The notes beneath the pieces were generated by a model. It had not been told where the DNA came from. It saw nothing but the letters and a program-made list of their open reading frames with translations, and searched no databases. Source: Ancylonema sp. (lineage: Eukaryota). Taken from it: a stretch of 64,000 nt of DNA. The translations under genes were made by a program, and so were the position numbers. Shown here piece after piece: positions 11,201-24,970 of this stretch. Position 1 is the stretch's first letter. Every line of letters begins with the position of its first letter. The stretch covers positions 1 to 64,000 of the forward strand of contig JBFLGF010000036.1 in assembly GCA_050230475.1 (NCBI GenBank), given 5' to 3'.

Positions 11201-12937
11201 GCCAGCAATATCCGTATGAACTAACTCAAGAGGCTCCTTCGCCCTGTACTCCTGTGCTTTCCTTGGATGTGATTTCTCTGGACTTCCCCAACTTGCAACC
11301 TCGACACATTCCAAAGTCCCCTTTGATCCCCTCTTCCAATCCCCTCACCAGCTGCTCTCGCACTAACCACTCCAATCCCCCCTGAGATGTGTGCCCAAGC
11401 CTTCTATGAAGTAACTCCATGCTTATCCCTTCCCCCCCAAGTACCTCTCCCTCCATTTCCTCAGGACCATTGAGTGCCTCACAGATTAAGGTAGGTTTCG
11501 CCTTCAGCGACTCCTCTCATTGTTGCTATTTGCTCCCCTTCTCTGTTCAGGATGGGAATCACTTTCCCAGGCTGAGGCTTTCCTTTGATAGCATAGCAGC
11601 TACACTCCCCCTTGTCTCGAATGCGCTGAAGCGAGAAGATATACACATTCATCCCTGGCAGAAACAACACCTCATGAAGCTCAAGCACACCCTTCACTCC
11701 ATTCCCCTCGGTGGAAAGGCGCACTACTCCCCATCTAGTTATCGCCACCTTTCCTTTGATCTGCTTGACATGAAATGTTGATGGAATGTCTTCAATGAAG
11801 TCGAACACATTTATGTCACCCGACATGTGATATCAGCTCCGCTATCGCAAATCCACTCCCTTTCTTCACCATCACCATATCCGATGCCCACGTGATCTCC
11901 CCAATCAGCACCTCTGCATGTCCCTGATCTTCCCCATTTGTCCCTTCCCCAAATCTCCCTTGACCTCTCCTTGCACTACCAGCACCTCGACCCCTTGTAC
12001 CTGTACCACCGGCTTTTCCTCCCCTTGCTGCCCCATTTGCTTTGCTGTAGCATGTTTGCTCAATGTGTCCTACTCCCCCGCACCATGTACAGAGACGCTA
12101 TCCTTCTTCTGGCACTCTCTACTCCAATGGTCCGACTCACCGCACCTGAAACAATTCTATGACTTCCCTTCGCTTCCTCTACCGACGCCTCGACCACTGA
12201 AATTTCCCCTTCCTCTTCCCCTAAAGCTTCCTCGACCTCTTGTGGACTGATAGTAGACTTCTGTTGCCATTGCTGACGCTCCAATTGTAATGCCCTTCTC
12301 TTCTCTGTAGTCTCTATATCATACATTCGATCCCAGATGTATTCTATGGGAGGAGCTGGAGTTTGCGCAAAGTGTGATTCACGGAGTATATCATACTTTT
12401 CTGGTAGAGCACCAAGGAGTGTTTGCAACCGATCATTTGCTCCTATCATACCACCCTGTACTGTCACCTGCAAGAGCTCATATTGTACCTCTGCTTGATG
12501 GTAAGAAAGGACTCATCACCACTGATTACGAAGGTAAGAAACTCTGTACGCGCTGAAGATCGCTGCGCGGGTGTCACTGTGTTGTAATCTGCTCCAAGTT
12601 GTGCCCACATCAAAACAGGATTGTTGCCATGAACGTCGAGACTCATCACAATACTGTTGTCATCCACTATCTGTGTGACAAGTGACGCAGCCTTCTTTGA
12701 CCTCTTTCTCCACTCCTTAATTTCGAGGTGTCTTTTCTCGACCTCCGCGATATTAACTGGATCATTCGCAGCATCTAGAACTTCTGCAATTTCCGTAGGC
12801 TCCATTTCTGTACCGTTTACTATTTCCAGGCAATCCTCCGCATCCAGGATTGCTGTAAGCTTTGTTCGCCATGGATCGTAAGATGACGCGTCCTTCAACA
12901 TTATTTTTTTACGTACTCTGAGGATCCCGAGCCAGAG

Positions 12938-13628
12938 GCTCTGATACCACTTGTGAACGTCATATTGACGTCCACTCTTGTCACAACTCTTAACTCACTC
13001 AAATACACGAATAGTGCTCAATGACTATAGTGCTCAATGACTATTTAACACATACTCAAACTCATTTGTGCATTCACATTCACTTCGAAACTCATACTCA
13101 TAGACAAAAGCTTCTTTCTCATAAAAGCAAGTGAAAAAAAAACACCGGAGAAGAATTGTCACTAGTCACTATAGTGGTTCGGTAAGCGAATCTTGTTCGC
13201 TAGCCAAAAGTAGTATTATGACCTTGGAACACGCAACCGAGTCCAAAGCATTCCTAAATGACTTACGACCCTTGATACATCGAACGATCAATCTAAACCC
13301 GATCATACACAATCTTCATAAGTACACACGCGCGCGCCAAGTAAAGCTACGCCGTCGCCACGTTGTCACTGACACAAAATCTCCGATACATTATTCTAAC
13401 CAACCGTACCACATATAACAAACCAAAATAACACGCGTCACAATACTACCTATCTCCGATATAGGCACCATTTTGTTCATTTCATAGACGCACACTCACA
13501 CACAAAAACCAAAAGAGCGTTCTCGAACACACCCCAAGAGTTCCCGTCAAACCTAATTGGCAACTTTGGCCACCTAAAAGTTGAAAACTAATTTAATATA
13601 CAAGATATGTTGCAGCACATATCTCACA
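12938..13628 (-). repeat. 5' LTR (12952-13628) and tRNA-iMet primer binding site
   Basis: GCTCTGATACCA at 12938-12949 is the reverse complement of the canonical iMet PBS, 2 nt from the LTR end. Confidence 0.93.
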
Positions 13629-14294
13629 GTTGTTGTGCAACCATGCATACACATACAAACTTTGCAAATGTTACTGTTTCTCTTCAATGTTAGTTCACTG
13701 CTTAAGCGAAATAGGTGAACGAGGAGTGGTCGCCTTACTCTACAATAGCAAAATTTTGGTGACCAAACTATTAACTTCATTCATATAAAATGTCATTCAT
13801 AGTGGGGAATTCGTGTACACACATGCAAATTCGGAACCTGACTTCAAGAGTTTGTATGTATTGCATTGCTTTGTATTCGCAATGAGAACATATCAGTTTG
13901 CAGCCGTGTTTACACATACATATACTATGATCACAACAAACGAGATACAGATTTGAGATTGATCGCATGGGGAAAAGGAATTTGGCAAAAATCAATCGAT
14001 GGAAAGAAACATTACGCACTAGGTTCTGGCACCTTTGTGGTCGCATAATTATCCGCCTAACATTCTCAATTTAATTTAATTCTGAATAATACAAGTACAT
14101 GAAACTAAAATCCGCGTAGACAACCATTTCTGTATTTCAAAATGTCAGTGTTTTCCTTTCGAAGCATTGAATTTCAGGACATTCAGGCACCTACTCCTTT
14201 CCTATGCGCCACCTCCACGGAATAATAATTACACGAGTACGCAACTAGTATTTCTACCAGGCTCGATCGAAAATCGTGAGGCTCCAAGAGAAGA

Positions 14295-14736
14295 GCCACG
14301 TGCGATGTGCGAGACGGTGCACGAGACTACATGTTCATCTAGGTTTGTGAGACACGTCTGTAACAGCTGTAACAGAGGCGCCGAACGAGCTGTCTCGGCA
14401 GCTCCACCTTCTGCAGAACAGTGTCGTTAGACAGGATAGCGCGAAAATGACATGGTCGAGCGCCAGGGCACGTCGACATTTTACACGCGAGACGGTACTT
14501 TGAACGAGAGCCACGCCAATCAAAGTTGCTCAGTTTAACTTGAGTCTTGATTCAGTTTGGGGGTCAAAACTGAGTGTCTGCTTAGTTAAACTGGGCGAAT
14601 CTTTTCATTTTGCTCCTCTACAGTGAAGTGAGCGTGGCCGTAAAACGCCGAAAGCTCAGTTCGTGAGTAATAAACGGAATCTTTTCGAAAATTATCGTAC
14701 CTAGTAACTGAGTGGCCATAATTGACGCTCTTATCC
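14295..14736 (+). promoter_or_regulatory. Possible light-responsive motifs upstream of SBPase (G-box GCCACGTG 14295-14302; I-box CTTATCC 14730-14736)
   Basis: Motif matches only; short motifs can occur by chance. Confidence 0.3.
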
Positions 14737-14863
14737 AACAGGACTCTCACTCAAAGCTCAGTAAGATCTGTCCTACATCCATTGATCACTACTCGCCATT
14801 CTTGCTTGCCTGAGCGTCGCCGATTACAGCTACCTGCAACTCGGAAGCTACCGGAAGCCACAC

Positions 14864-17301
14864 ATGACTACCATGGCAGCTGCTGCGAGCCAGGCCGTGC
14901 TGTCTCGCCAGACTTGCCAGCATGTCGCTTCGGCCATTGTACCGATCTCCTCTAACCGTTGTGCATCCTTTGCGAAGCTGGTGAGCTCAGGATCTGCGTT
15001 GATTCAATACGTGATAGTTAGGTATAGAAAGTTCTGAATTCCTACCGCATGGCAGCACCTTGTCCACCTCTGTCAATGAAAATGTGTATTATCCCTGTAT
15101 CTTATAATGCGTCATACGTAGGCTTGGCTTGGCTTTTCGTTTGGTCTACCGATGGATTATCCAAGGAATGGAGTCATAGTCGTTCAAAAACGTTTTGTTA
15201 TGGGCTGAAATGTATATCTTTTGTGAGCTGATCTCAGAGCACAAGCAGCAGTGCACTTATGGGAGCTAGTCTTCCTTCCCAACACTCCGCCTCTCGCAAA
15301 TCTCGTGTTCTTTCCGCTGTGACCCCGCGCGCCGAGATTGGGGACTCACTGGTGAGCGTCATCATATGGACCTCACTGTAACCTCTATCCGTATCTCAGA
15401 TAGTCATCTCATTTTGCAGCTGACGTTGCTGCTGCTACCGCTTCTAGCGCTGTTGCTTAGGTTTTCAGAAATACACAATGTAGGGTGTATCATTTCATTC
15501 ATCGAAGTGGTTTCTTTACCTCATTACTTCATTAGGCATCCAGACCTTGAGTTGTTGCTCTCTGAGCTTAGCCAGGAAGAGTCGGGTGCAGGAAGAGTTT
15601 TTGGCAAAGGCCACACCCGACAAGGGTCTGGCTCGCTTGATGGGGTGCATGGGCGAGGCCCTGCGCACCATCGCCTTCAAGGTCCGCACAGCCAGCTGCG
15701 GAGCCACCGCCTGCATTAATACCTTCGGGGATGAACAGCTGGCCGTGGATCTCCTGGCCGACAAGTTGCTGTTCGAGGTATGATGGCCTTCCGACCCTGC
15801 TGCACGTTCCTGCGTATATGAATGGGAAACGCCATCGGAAACTGTCAATCATGACGTGCGCTATAACCTGTATGAAAGCCTCGGTGTACAATCTAAGGAT
15901 TTATAAGGAATTTAGGAGTTTGTCTCTTGGCAGGCTCTCAAGTTCTCCCACGTGTGCAAGAACGCCTGCAGTGAAGAGGTGCCTGAGCTGATGGACATGG
16001 GAGGGCCGACTGAGGGTGAGTGTTCTTCCCGCTTGCACTGCCAGCCCCCTGTGGAGATTGATAGAATATCATTTCTCGAATGTGCGCAGGAGGATTCTCT
16101 GTGGCCTTTGACCCGCTGGACGGCTCCTCAATTGTGGACACCAATTTCACGGTGGGCACCATTTTCGGCGTTTGGCCGGGAGCAGAGCTGACCGGAGTGA
16201 CTGGGCGGCAACAAGTGGCGGCTGCCATGGGCGTGTACGGCCCGCGTACCACTTACGTCCTCACCATCAACGGCTTCCCAGGCACCCACGAGTTCCTTCT
16301 CATGGATGATGGTGAGCACATCAGCATGACAGGGCGGGATGTGTCTCTCTTTCGCAAGTGTGTTGCAGAGAGGGACGCTGCAGAGGGTCAGGGTGGATGT
16401 GAAAGTCTTGCACAAAGCAGCTGGAAAGTTAATGTTGTTGTGTGCCATGGTGGTCGCAGGCAAGTGGGTTCACGTGAAAGAAACCACTGTCATCAATGAG
16501 GGCAAGCTCTTCTCTCCCGGAAACCTGAGGGCCACCTTCGACAACCCTGAGTATGAGAAGGTAACCGCTAAAAGCCTTAAACCCTATCAATTTTTACAGG
16601 TGTCGAATGTGCAGACGAACCTGTGGGGTGGTATTCAGTACTTCAGGCACGGATTGTAACCTTGGTAGCGATTACTGTTTTGTGCAGCTTATCAACTACT
16701 GGGTGGGCGAGAAGTACACGCTGCGATACACGGGAGGCATGGTACCCGATGTGGGGCAGGTGAGAATACTCAACTAAGTACTCAATACTCATTGTTCTCA
16801 AACCTGTCAGTACCAATACTTCATGATGAGTTTCTCAGAATTTTGAGCCAGAGTTGGGTTTTGGGTTTATGCAATATTGGGTCAGAAATATCCTCAAAAG
16901 CGCGCTGGATCAAGATCAGGGTTGTGGGAGTAGCCTTCTTTAGCCTTCTGATAACGGGGCTATATGCAACAAGGAGTAGGGAAGAAGCTGATGCTGATGA
17001 ATGCTGTGGTATCCATCACCCTCAGATATTGGTGAAGGAGAAGGGTGTGTTCTGCAACGCCATCTCCCCCTCCACTAAGGCCAAGTTGAGGATGGTGTTC
17101 GAGGTGGCTCCCTTGGCACTGATGATCGAGCAGGCAGGGGGGTACAGCAGTGATGGGCACATCTCCATTTTGGACAAGGTGATCCACAACCTGGACGACC
17201 GCTCCCAAGTGTGCTATGGGTCAAAGAAGGAAGTGGAGCGATTCGAGGAGTACCTCTACGGCAAGTCTCGCCTCACGGAAAATGCATCAGTGGCTGCCTG
17301 A
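14864..17301 (+). CDS. SBPase: Sedoheptulose-1,7-bisphosphatase, chloroplastic (8 exons)
   Basis: Ser/Ala-rich transit peptide, EIGDSL|EEFL, redox motif [68 protein letters not shown] at 17299-17301. Confidence 0.97.
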
Positions 17302-18102
17302 GTGCTAGCAGTGCGGGTGTAGAGGCAGGATGTGGCAGGTAGAACAAGCATGCGTTGAACAAGATGCAGGCAGTCCAGGTTTTTCATAAATTTGAGTTTA
17401 TTAAGACAAGGCCAAAGGATGGCCAGTATGTGACTCACAGATTTGCCACTGAGGATTGGAGACTTCGATTTTAGAGACTGGATGCGTTACTTGATTTCAC
17501 CAAATTTCGCCCACTTAGGACCCAAATTTCGGCGTGACGTTTCGATAATTGGCGATTTGTGTGGACCGGGTCCCAAGTGGCCTCGCTAAAGTTATGACCG
17601 GTCCCGAGCATTGCTGAATCGACTCAAATTTGCGCGCCAAAGTCCCCTCCGCTCTCTTCTCGTTCAATGTCACTGGAAGCGAGAATGCACCATGCCTCAC
17701 AGCACTGTCAGGAATGATAAGAGTTTTTTTGTCGCAAGATGGCCAGTCAGCCAGTTTCAGGTTCAACGCCTCGCGTTTTATTCTATCCGCGCGCAACGTT
17801 GCGTCACGATCCCCCTGATTATCGCTAAATCATATACGCTCAGCGAATCGGATTGATCTCATAGCAAGAGACGAGTAGACGAGTAGACGAGTAGGCGAGT
17901 AGCGCAACAACATACTCCCGAGTTTATATCTTTGCATAATACAAGCTGATGTTCAGATAAGAACTATGTAATTTACAGCCCTTGAATTTTTTGAATAAAA
18001 CTCAAGCTGTATTCATTGATATGATCAGATGCATAACGCCTAAATTTGTCCATAAAGTCTGAGTTCCGAAAGCACTTGCAACTTTCTAGATATTGCGATG
18101 CC

Positions 18103-18686
18103 GCCAATGAGAGGGGGATTGTAGGAATAGTAGTCATTTGGCTAAGTTCCTAGTCCGGATGTTCTTGAACATGTAGTCCGATTGAAACTCTGGATAGGAG
18201 TGATTCGATACGGGGATTAATAAGCCCGACATAATTTGGTCGATTTATTTGGGTCGATCGGTCAATCCAGCCGTTAGCTGGATTGAGTACGTATTTGATC
18301 GGACATGTGTCAGTTAAATGCCGGATCCTTATCGGTCATGTGAGTTGCGGCCGCGAGTATTTTAGTCCGTCGAAGCACCTATTGGTTGGCTATCGCTGAT
18401 TGGTGCTTACATATACGTGTTAATTTGCATGTGCATTTAGATTCGCATTGTATCATAAATGAAGTAGACGTGGGCGCGTAGCGAGTAGTGTGGCTCGCTA
18501 TTGTGTTTGTGCGAAACATTGCTCAAGGTTTCAACCTTGGAGCGGTAATTGATCGAACTTGCAACTCATCTCACACCGATCTGAATGCGTTGTGAATGAG
18601 GAGTGTATGGGCACTTGTTCGAGATAGGATTCACGCATAAGAGTTCCATATCAAGATGGACTCTTCACCAATCTTCAAATGGAATT
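18103..18686 (+). mobile_element. Inserted PPT plus probable LTR of another copia family
   Basis: GAGAGGGGGAT followed by TGTAGG (18120) ... CTTCA (18677) then AATGG; interrupts the host motif GCGATGCCG/TCTGTAACTTTGCATGCC, which is contiguous near 18858-18886. Confidence 0.55.
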
Positions 18687-19961
18687 CTGTAACTTTGCAT
18701 GCCACTAAATGCTACTTGATGCAGACTATTGAAATTTTTGATACGAAAAAAAATGAAATTAAACTCGAACTACATGCATTTATATGATCAGATGCATAAA
18801 GCCTGAATTTGTCCATAAAGTCTGAGTTCCGAGAGCACTTGCAACTTTCTAGATATTGCGATGCCGGATCTGTAACTTTGCATGCCACTCAATGTTGTTT
18901 ACACTATTCTTATGAAATTTGCCGCACATAAAAAATCTATGTAAAGCTGAAGCTACATTTTTACATATGATGAGACAAATTACGCCTGAATTCAAAGTCT
19001 ATTTATATTTGCAGCCGTAGCTTTGTGAATGCGACGATGCCGACTATATGTCTCTGCAAGACACTATAAGTATCTCAAATAACACTAATGAAATCTTGTA
19101 TACATTCAAACACCGCGTGAAACAAAGCTCACGTGTATTTACATGATCAAATACACAAGACACACAGATAGGTCTAAACTCTGAAATGCAGTATGAAATA
19201 GATGCTCAGTATTCAAAACGAGCACACTTTAGAAGAGAAGCAATTCAGGATAAATTTAGATGGTAAAAGAAAAAGCGTGCGCTGGAAAAATTGAAGATGA
19301 GCTGGGGGAAATGTTATAATTACACTCAACTAGGAGCTTATGATGGCGAAAACAAAAAAACGTGCCAGAATTGTTACATCGCGAAAACCAAAAAAACGTG
19401 CCATAATTGTTACATCGGGTAATGCAGCGCTTCTAACATTGAAAGAAATGTACAGTCTACGCAATTTTTCTCCTTCCTCTACTACTGCGTTGCAAAAAAC
19501 TATGTCCAGAGATATCATAAAGACAAGTTCTCTCCGCAAAACCAAGCTTCAGCGAGGGCTTAGCATTGCAAGTCGATTCAATATTTGTCACTGCCATCGC
19601 CACGTTGTTGCGTGTCATCAACAGCAAGGGGCGTCAAGTATGATCAGACAGTCAGCCGCGAGAGGCAGCCACGGAGCGAAGGAGCCGTTAGCAGGGCACC
19701 TCAGGTCCAGGCGAGGAAATCATGGCGCGAAGTTACGTTGGTCTCGGCACGAATTTCAAACGAAACAGGGACCCACTGTATTGAGCCACGACAATTCTTT
19801 TGTTCACTTGGGACCCTGATTAAGCCCCTGTTTGGGTCCCAAGTGAGGCCGTCACTTGGGACCCAAACCCGGGCTTATCAGGGTCCTAAATGGTCATAAT
19901 CGGGCGCAATCCACTTAGGACCCGGTCCGGTCTGCCATAATTTTCACTTTTAAGTGAAAAT

Positions 19962-20188
19962 AGCATTCCTTATGCGGGGCCGAAGCTGACGCCGAGTTTG
20001 GGGCCCAAGATGACAGTGATCTTCGGCCCCAAAATTTGGCGAAACTCGGGGCCGAAGATCACATTTTCGGCGCAACATCTTCGACGTGAGCTTCGGCCCC
20101 GCATGAGGAGGGCCATTTGAACATTTTGTAGCTCGAAACCGGGCGCGTGAGCTTCGACGTCAGCTTCGGCCCCGCATAAGGAATGCTC
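19962..20188. mobile_element. MITE (~226 bp) with 30-bp perfect terminal inverted repeats
   Basis: AGCATTCCTTATGCGGGGCCGAAGCTGACG at 19962 and its reverse complement ending 20187; internal CTTCGGCCCC repeats; TAAGTGAAAAT on both flanks. Confidence 0.85.
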
Positions 20189-20319
20189 TAAGTGAAAATG
20201 AAACCGGGCGCAAGTCACTTAGGAACCTATTAAGCCCGGGCATAACGTACGCTCTAAGAAATGGCTGGACACGCGCTAAAGATTATCACTTGACACACGA
20301 CAGGATCATAATTTTACGG

Positions 20320-20600
20320 ACAAGCAGACAAGCAGACTGGGCCAGTCTGCCTGTCTGACTGGCAGACTGGCATCGGACTGGGCCGGACTGGGCCGGACTG
20401 GAGGACGTCTGAATGGTTACATTAGACTAGTAGACTGGGACCGCGGACTGGGCTTGGGATGGTAGACTGGACTACCGGACTGGGGGCCAGTCTAACCCGG
20501 ACTGGCAAGGCTAATGGGATGGCCAGCTCCAGTCCGGGCCTTTAATTAGACTGGGACACCGTACTAGACTAGTACGGTCGGTTTACATACTGGACGGATT
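20320..20600. repeat. GACTGG-motif-rich dispersed repeat
   Basis: More than ten GACTGG/GACTAG units; same motif class as 7398-7570. Confidence 0.6.
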
Positions 20601-22428
20601 TAGGATACCATGAAAACATACCACAAAACCTAGATTGAATCTAGAGAGTGTGTGGGATCAGGGCCCTCTATTAGCTTGTTGTGCACATGGTTCCGTCAGG
20701 GAGTGTCGATTGCATTGCAAAAATCGCTAGCACATGCAATACTTGGCTAGAACCCTACGTCTAGAGCAATCCATGGCCTTGTCACCTCCCCCACCACCGC
20801 GCGTTCCACTTTCTTCTTCGAAGTTGCATATTGTTGCTAATTTCGTCTTGTACGACCGACGATCATTTGTCGTTTTTTTAAGGATATGTAGTTTCCATAC
20901 ATGCGCGTTCTTGTAATGAGGTGGGATTCCCTTCTTTTTTCAATAATACATAATTTTTTTATTTTTTTATTTTCATCTACTATTTTTTTCCCCTAATAAT
21001 TTTACGCATCCCCCCACCCCTTAACCCCACCCGCTTTCAATTAATTTCGATCCCCCCACCCACCAGTTTAGTCTTATTTTCGGGTATCCGCACCCCAATT
21101 CGCACCCCCACATCCCACCCCCACCTCCCATCCCATTCCATCCGTGTCCCACCCTTTTAGTGTCTGTCCATACCGTAACGGTATACAATCGAGGGCCTAG
21201 ATGGGAGTTGTGCCTTCGTTCGCGTGAAAGTGCGGTAGAGCGGTGCATGTTGTTCTTGTACCATCAGCCATGCTCGACTAAGCACTAATAAATTTTATGT
21301 CAATCGAGTCAACCTCGATTACATTCATACTTGCTCATGTTGACGTGCTTCACACATGGAATCGTACACAGAATACACAATACGGAAACTGATGTGCAAT
21401 GAATGAATGAATTATCCATCAACAATACTTGGCTATATATGTCCAATGTCTAACTCACTAGAAGTTGCAATGACCGTTTCACAAACGAAATGTCTGGCTA
21501 CATTATACAGAATATGCAATGCATTATGCATTGCATCAAACCGTCAAATTTATGCACAAATAGTTCTTAACTTCTAAATGTGCATGTCACTCAAACGATG
21601 CTTCATATTCCACTAGTCAACCTAGCATGCATGTGGTCAAATAAATAACATGAAGACATCATGTATGACAGCTACTTTAGTTTCCGTTCGTGTTGTAACG
21701 AGCTGGTATAAATTCTATTTATATCAGAGTCTATTAACTAGTGCGAACCTTGTCCTAAGGCTATTATTGATTGCCTTATACTACAATTTTTTCGCGGTAT
21801 AACGTGCATTTGATTATTGTGGTGAATTTAGTACGCGTGTGTCAAAAAACTTGGACACATGGCGGTCTGAATCCAGCACCAACGCGTTAAGTCCAGCGGC
21901 ATAAACCACTTTTTGATTTTAGCTCAACCCCCACTTTAGACCCCTTTCATCAAGGGAGATAAAAGTGGAAAACTGGGCAAGTGTGTTTGGCCTTGTGGAA
22001 AAAAATGCTTTAGATCTCAATACATGTTACCTCCAGTATTTGTTTTTTGGACATCAGACAGGGTCGAGGTTTGTATTCGTTTACCATTCCATATGCACGA
22101 TATGAGAGTCACATTTAATTTCGAGTCGAAACGTTGTGGGCTCTTAGGTTTGACAACATGATGGATCACATAGCATCCATTATTGATCGCTTGGAGACAC
22201 ATGTTCTATATAAGATGAAAACATAATCGAGAACAACCCATCCACATAATATATATTCCAAATATACAATTATGTGTTAATCTTGTAAGGTCATTTGTGG
22301 TGATTTCCCCCTTGTTAATGTACAACACTAAAGCTTTTGCTACCAAAAAAATAGAAATGATACCACCATTTACCTAGTCGATGGGTTATATGTCGCAAAT
22401 CTTCAGGCTACGGGCCCAGTTCTATTTG

Positions 22429-24970
22429 CTATGATTCCCTAAATTGAAGATTGCGAACTTCTTGGACAATTATCGATTTGTCGTCCTCAAATTGTTGTCT
22501 TTCTGCACACCCCATATCATTGCCACATTTACAATTATCGCGGTATCAAAACATAAATTGTAAACCCATTGATAGAAACAACTTGATCACCTACAGCCTC
22601 GCACCAATAGTGAGTGTCATGCTATCAAATCAGGGCAGAGAGTTTCCCATGCACTTGTTTCACTTCTAGTGTTCATGACACCACGCTACCCATACCTTTG
22701 TCCACCTTTTCCACCTTTTCCACCTTGAATTCGGTGAGGAAGTGTATAAGTTTTTGTTGGTTACTCATCAAAATGGTTGTGATGTCATCAGGCCGATCCT
22801 TGTTGGCCACAAACACCTGAGGATTAAAACCACACCATTCTGTACAATGTTGTGTATCTATATGGACATGATGCAGGCTCGGCTGACCCGGGCAGATCAT
22901 TGCATCTCTTTTTGCGAGCAATCTGCTCTATAACAAAGAAGTCAAAGCGGTTGCCGCTTCTGAAGACAAGAGGGATCGGAAAGAGTCTTACCTTGAACAA
23001 GTTGAAGGCTTCCGCCTTAATGGCCATACTTTGATCCTGCGACATACCATCCCTCCTCCCGAGCTCAGAACACAGCAACACCTGCTCTTCCACCTTTCAC
23101 AGATGAGGTTTACCTTGAACAGGTTCATGATGAGCACCAGGTTCTCTTTGCTGCTCACATAGCGCAGCATCACCTTCACATTCGACTTGTCCAGCAACAC
23201 GTCACACAACATCTTGATAGAAAACCGTCGAGTGATGTAATTGGGCGACGAGAGCAGCTTGTTGTACTCCCCAAAAAACTGCACACTGATACCCCCCCAC
23301 CATCACTCAGCCAACAACCTGAATCCCTCACACACAACACTGCGCCCTCTCCTGCCCTCACCTCGTCGTAGTTCTGCTCCAAGTGCGCTGCCACAGTGCT
23401 CTTATGGCGAGTCAGCAATTCCTGCAGCCAGCCGAGGGTAGTTGGGGACAGGTGTGAACAGACCACCCCTCACTCAGACCTCCCTCCCATTCTCCTCTCC
23501 TCCTCTTCTCCTCTCACCCGCATGGTCGCTGCTGCATCAGAGGATATTTCGAAGCTTCGGTTCTCGATGTATTCATACAGGCGCACAAAGTCTTGGCAGT
23601 CCAGCACATACTGTGCCACGTCCTGGTGGCGTATGCAGTCCCTGAGCATGGAGCCGTAGAAGAGAGCATTGGCGGGGGTCTCATAGCCCCGTATCATGCG
23701 GTGCAACAGATCCTTGTGCTGCAGCAGGTAGGTGGACCCCACCACCTTGTTCCCCACCTTCTGGCGCTGCAAACTGGCCACTATCTGGGCAGCATTCCGG
23801 CAAGCCTGGGAAGCACAGAGGCCAATGACAGAGGTCAGCAGCTTTCACAACCAAATCCAGCGCTGCAGTCACATCCTCACATAGTCACATAGTCACATAG
23901 TCACATCGTCACATCGTCACATAGGCACATAGTCACATAGTCACATAGTCACATAGTCACATAGTCACAGTGTCGCATTGTCACATTGTCAAAGACCAGG
24001 CCCCGTAGAACTCCGAAATCAATGTGCCGATTGCTTGCAGACGAATTTCAGCTGATACAGGGTTTTCGTTGATGCAAGTTCGGCGCAGCACTCTCAATGA
24101 AGACCCTGTGATCCATAGCCGATCATCGATCTGTGCGTGGTACCGTACTGTGTTGATATCACCTCACAAGGTATTTTTAAGGAAGGAAGTCCTTACGTCA
24201 AACTCAAGGTGTGGGACTGCCTCAATGAGCATGCTGAGGAAGTCGGTTTGGAAGACCTCTGCGGTTATCTGCTGCACTGCTTCAGTGTCGGGAAACTTTT
24301 CTGTGTCGCCGTATAACACCTGCTTGATTTCCAAAATAGGTCGGGATAGGTCCTCGTTGACCTGCAGCAGACAAACAGTCATTCCGACGAGGTTTACGGA
24401 AATAAGGATGCCATGTGAGTGGCAGATCAAACCTCACTAGTAATCCACTTCAACCTACGCTTCCCGGATGCAAAGAGTCTCGAACACAGAAAGCTTGGTA
24501 GCATCTGCATTATGTTTAGTCTATCTCGTTTACTGGTTGTCTTCGTTCTGCACCGCACCACACAGCTCGAATACATACCATGTGCTGCCAATATAGGTGT
24601 GCCTGGGTCCGCTTCACATTGCTAGTTGATCGATTTTATAGTGCAGAGGCTTTTTGTGGAGCTATTCATATACATGTTGCTATGGCCATTTTAAGCATGT
24701 CCACGCATGAAATGGGAATGCTGTGAAGGCAATGACAGAATGTTTGCCAAGCCTGTCTAGCCTATATTGGCAAAACAAGAAGAAACAGAACATGTGAGAA
24801 AGAAGCGAAAGTTGATTAGTGGGCAGTGATGCTGGCATGCTTACTTTCTCGCGAGTTGTGGGGTCATTGCCATTCAGCAATCGAAGACCCTCCAAAGTTG
24901 CCCGAACGAAGTCCGCAGGAGTCTGCTTCCGTGTCTGGGACCGGAACAGGCCCTTGCTCTTACTAAGCAT
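22429..24970 (-). CDS. MO25: MO25/CAB39 family scaffold protein (8 exons)
   Basis: KTPADFVR-like N-terminus, [60 protein letters not shown], last exon [16 protein letters not shown] at 22431-22429. Confidence 0.95.
23868..23990. repeat. Octamer tandem array (GTCACATA)n in MO25 intron 2
   Basis: About 13 near-perfect units visible, degenerate at the edges. Confidence 0.95.

Larger units (their letters stand above)
7628..13628 (-). mobile_element. Full-length-structure degenerate Ty1/copia LTR retrotransposon (~6.0 kb)
   Basis: Two LTRs (12952-13628, 7628-8270; TG...CA), PBS TGGTATCAGAGC (12949-12938), PPT GGAGGGGGAT (8280-8271); gag, zinc knuckle CFRCGESDHWSREC, protease WICDSGA, HRRLGH, integrase LVHTDIAGP/PQSNGISERMNRTL, RT YKARVVAKGYSQ/QMDVTTAFL/LYGLKQSP, RNase H; many frameshifts and stops. 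Confidence 0.96.
17854..21950. repeat. Composite non-coding repeat, copy A (with nested inserts)
   Basis: Collinear similarity to 26971-29680: shared TGATCTCATAGCAAGAG start, AACTAGGAGCTT, C-rich block ending GTCCATA, AGAGCGGTGCAT, and CCCCACTTTA-ACCCCTTT. Confidence 0.6.

Noticed and set aside
19760..20600. Regularly recurring motifs as a CRISPR-like array
   Set aside because: No constant repeat length or unique spacers, no cas genes, eukaryotic context; fits transposon subterminal repeats.
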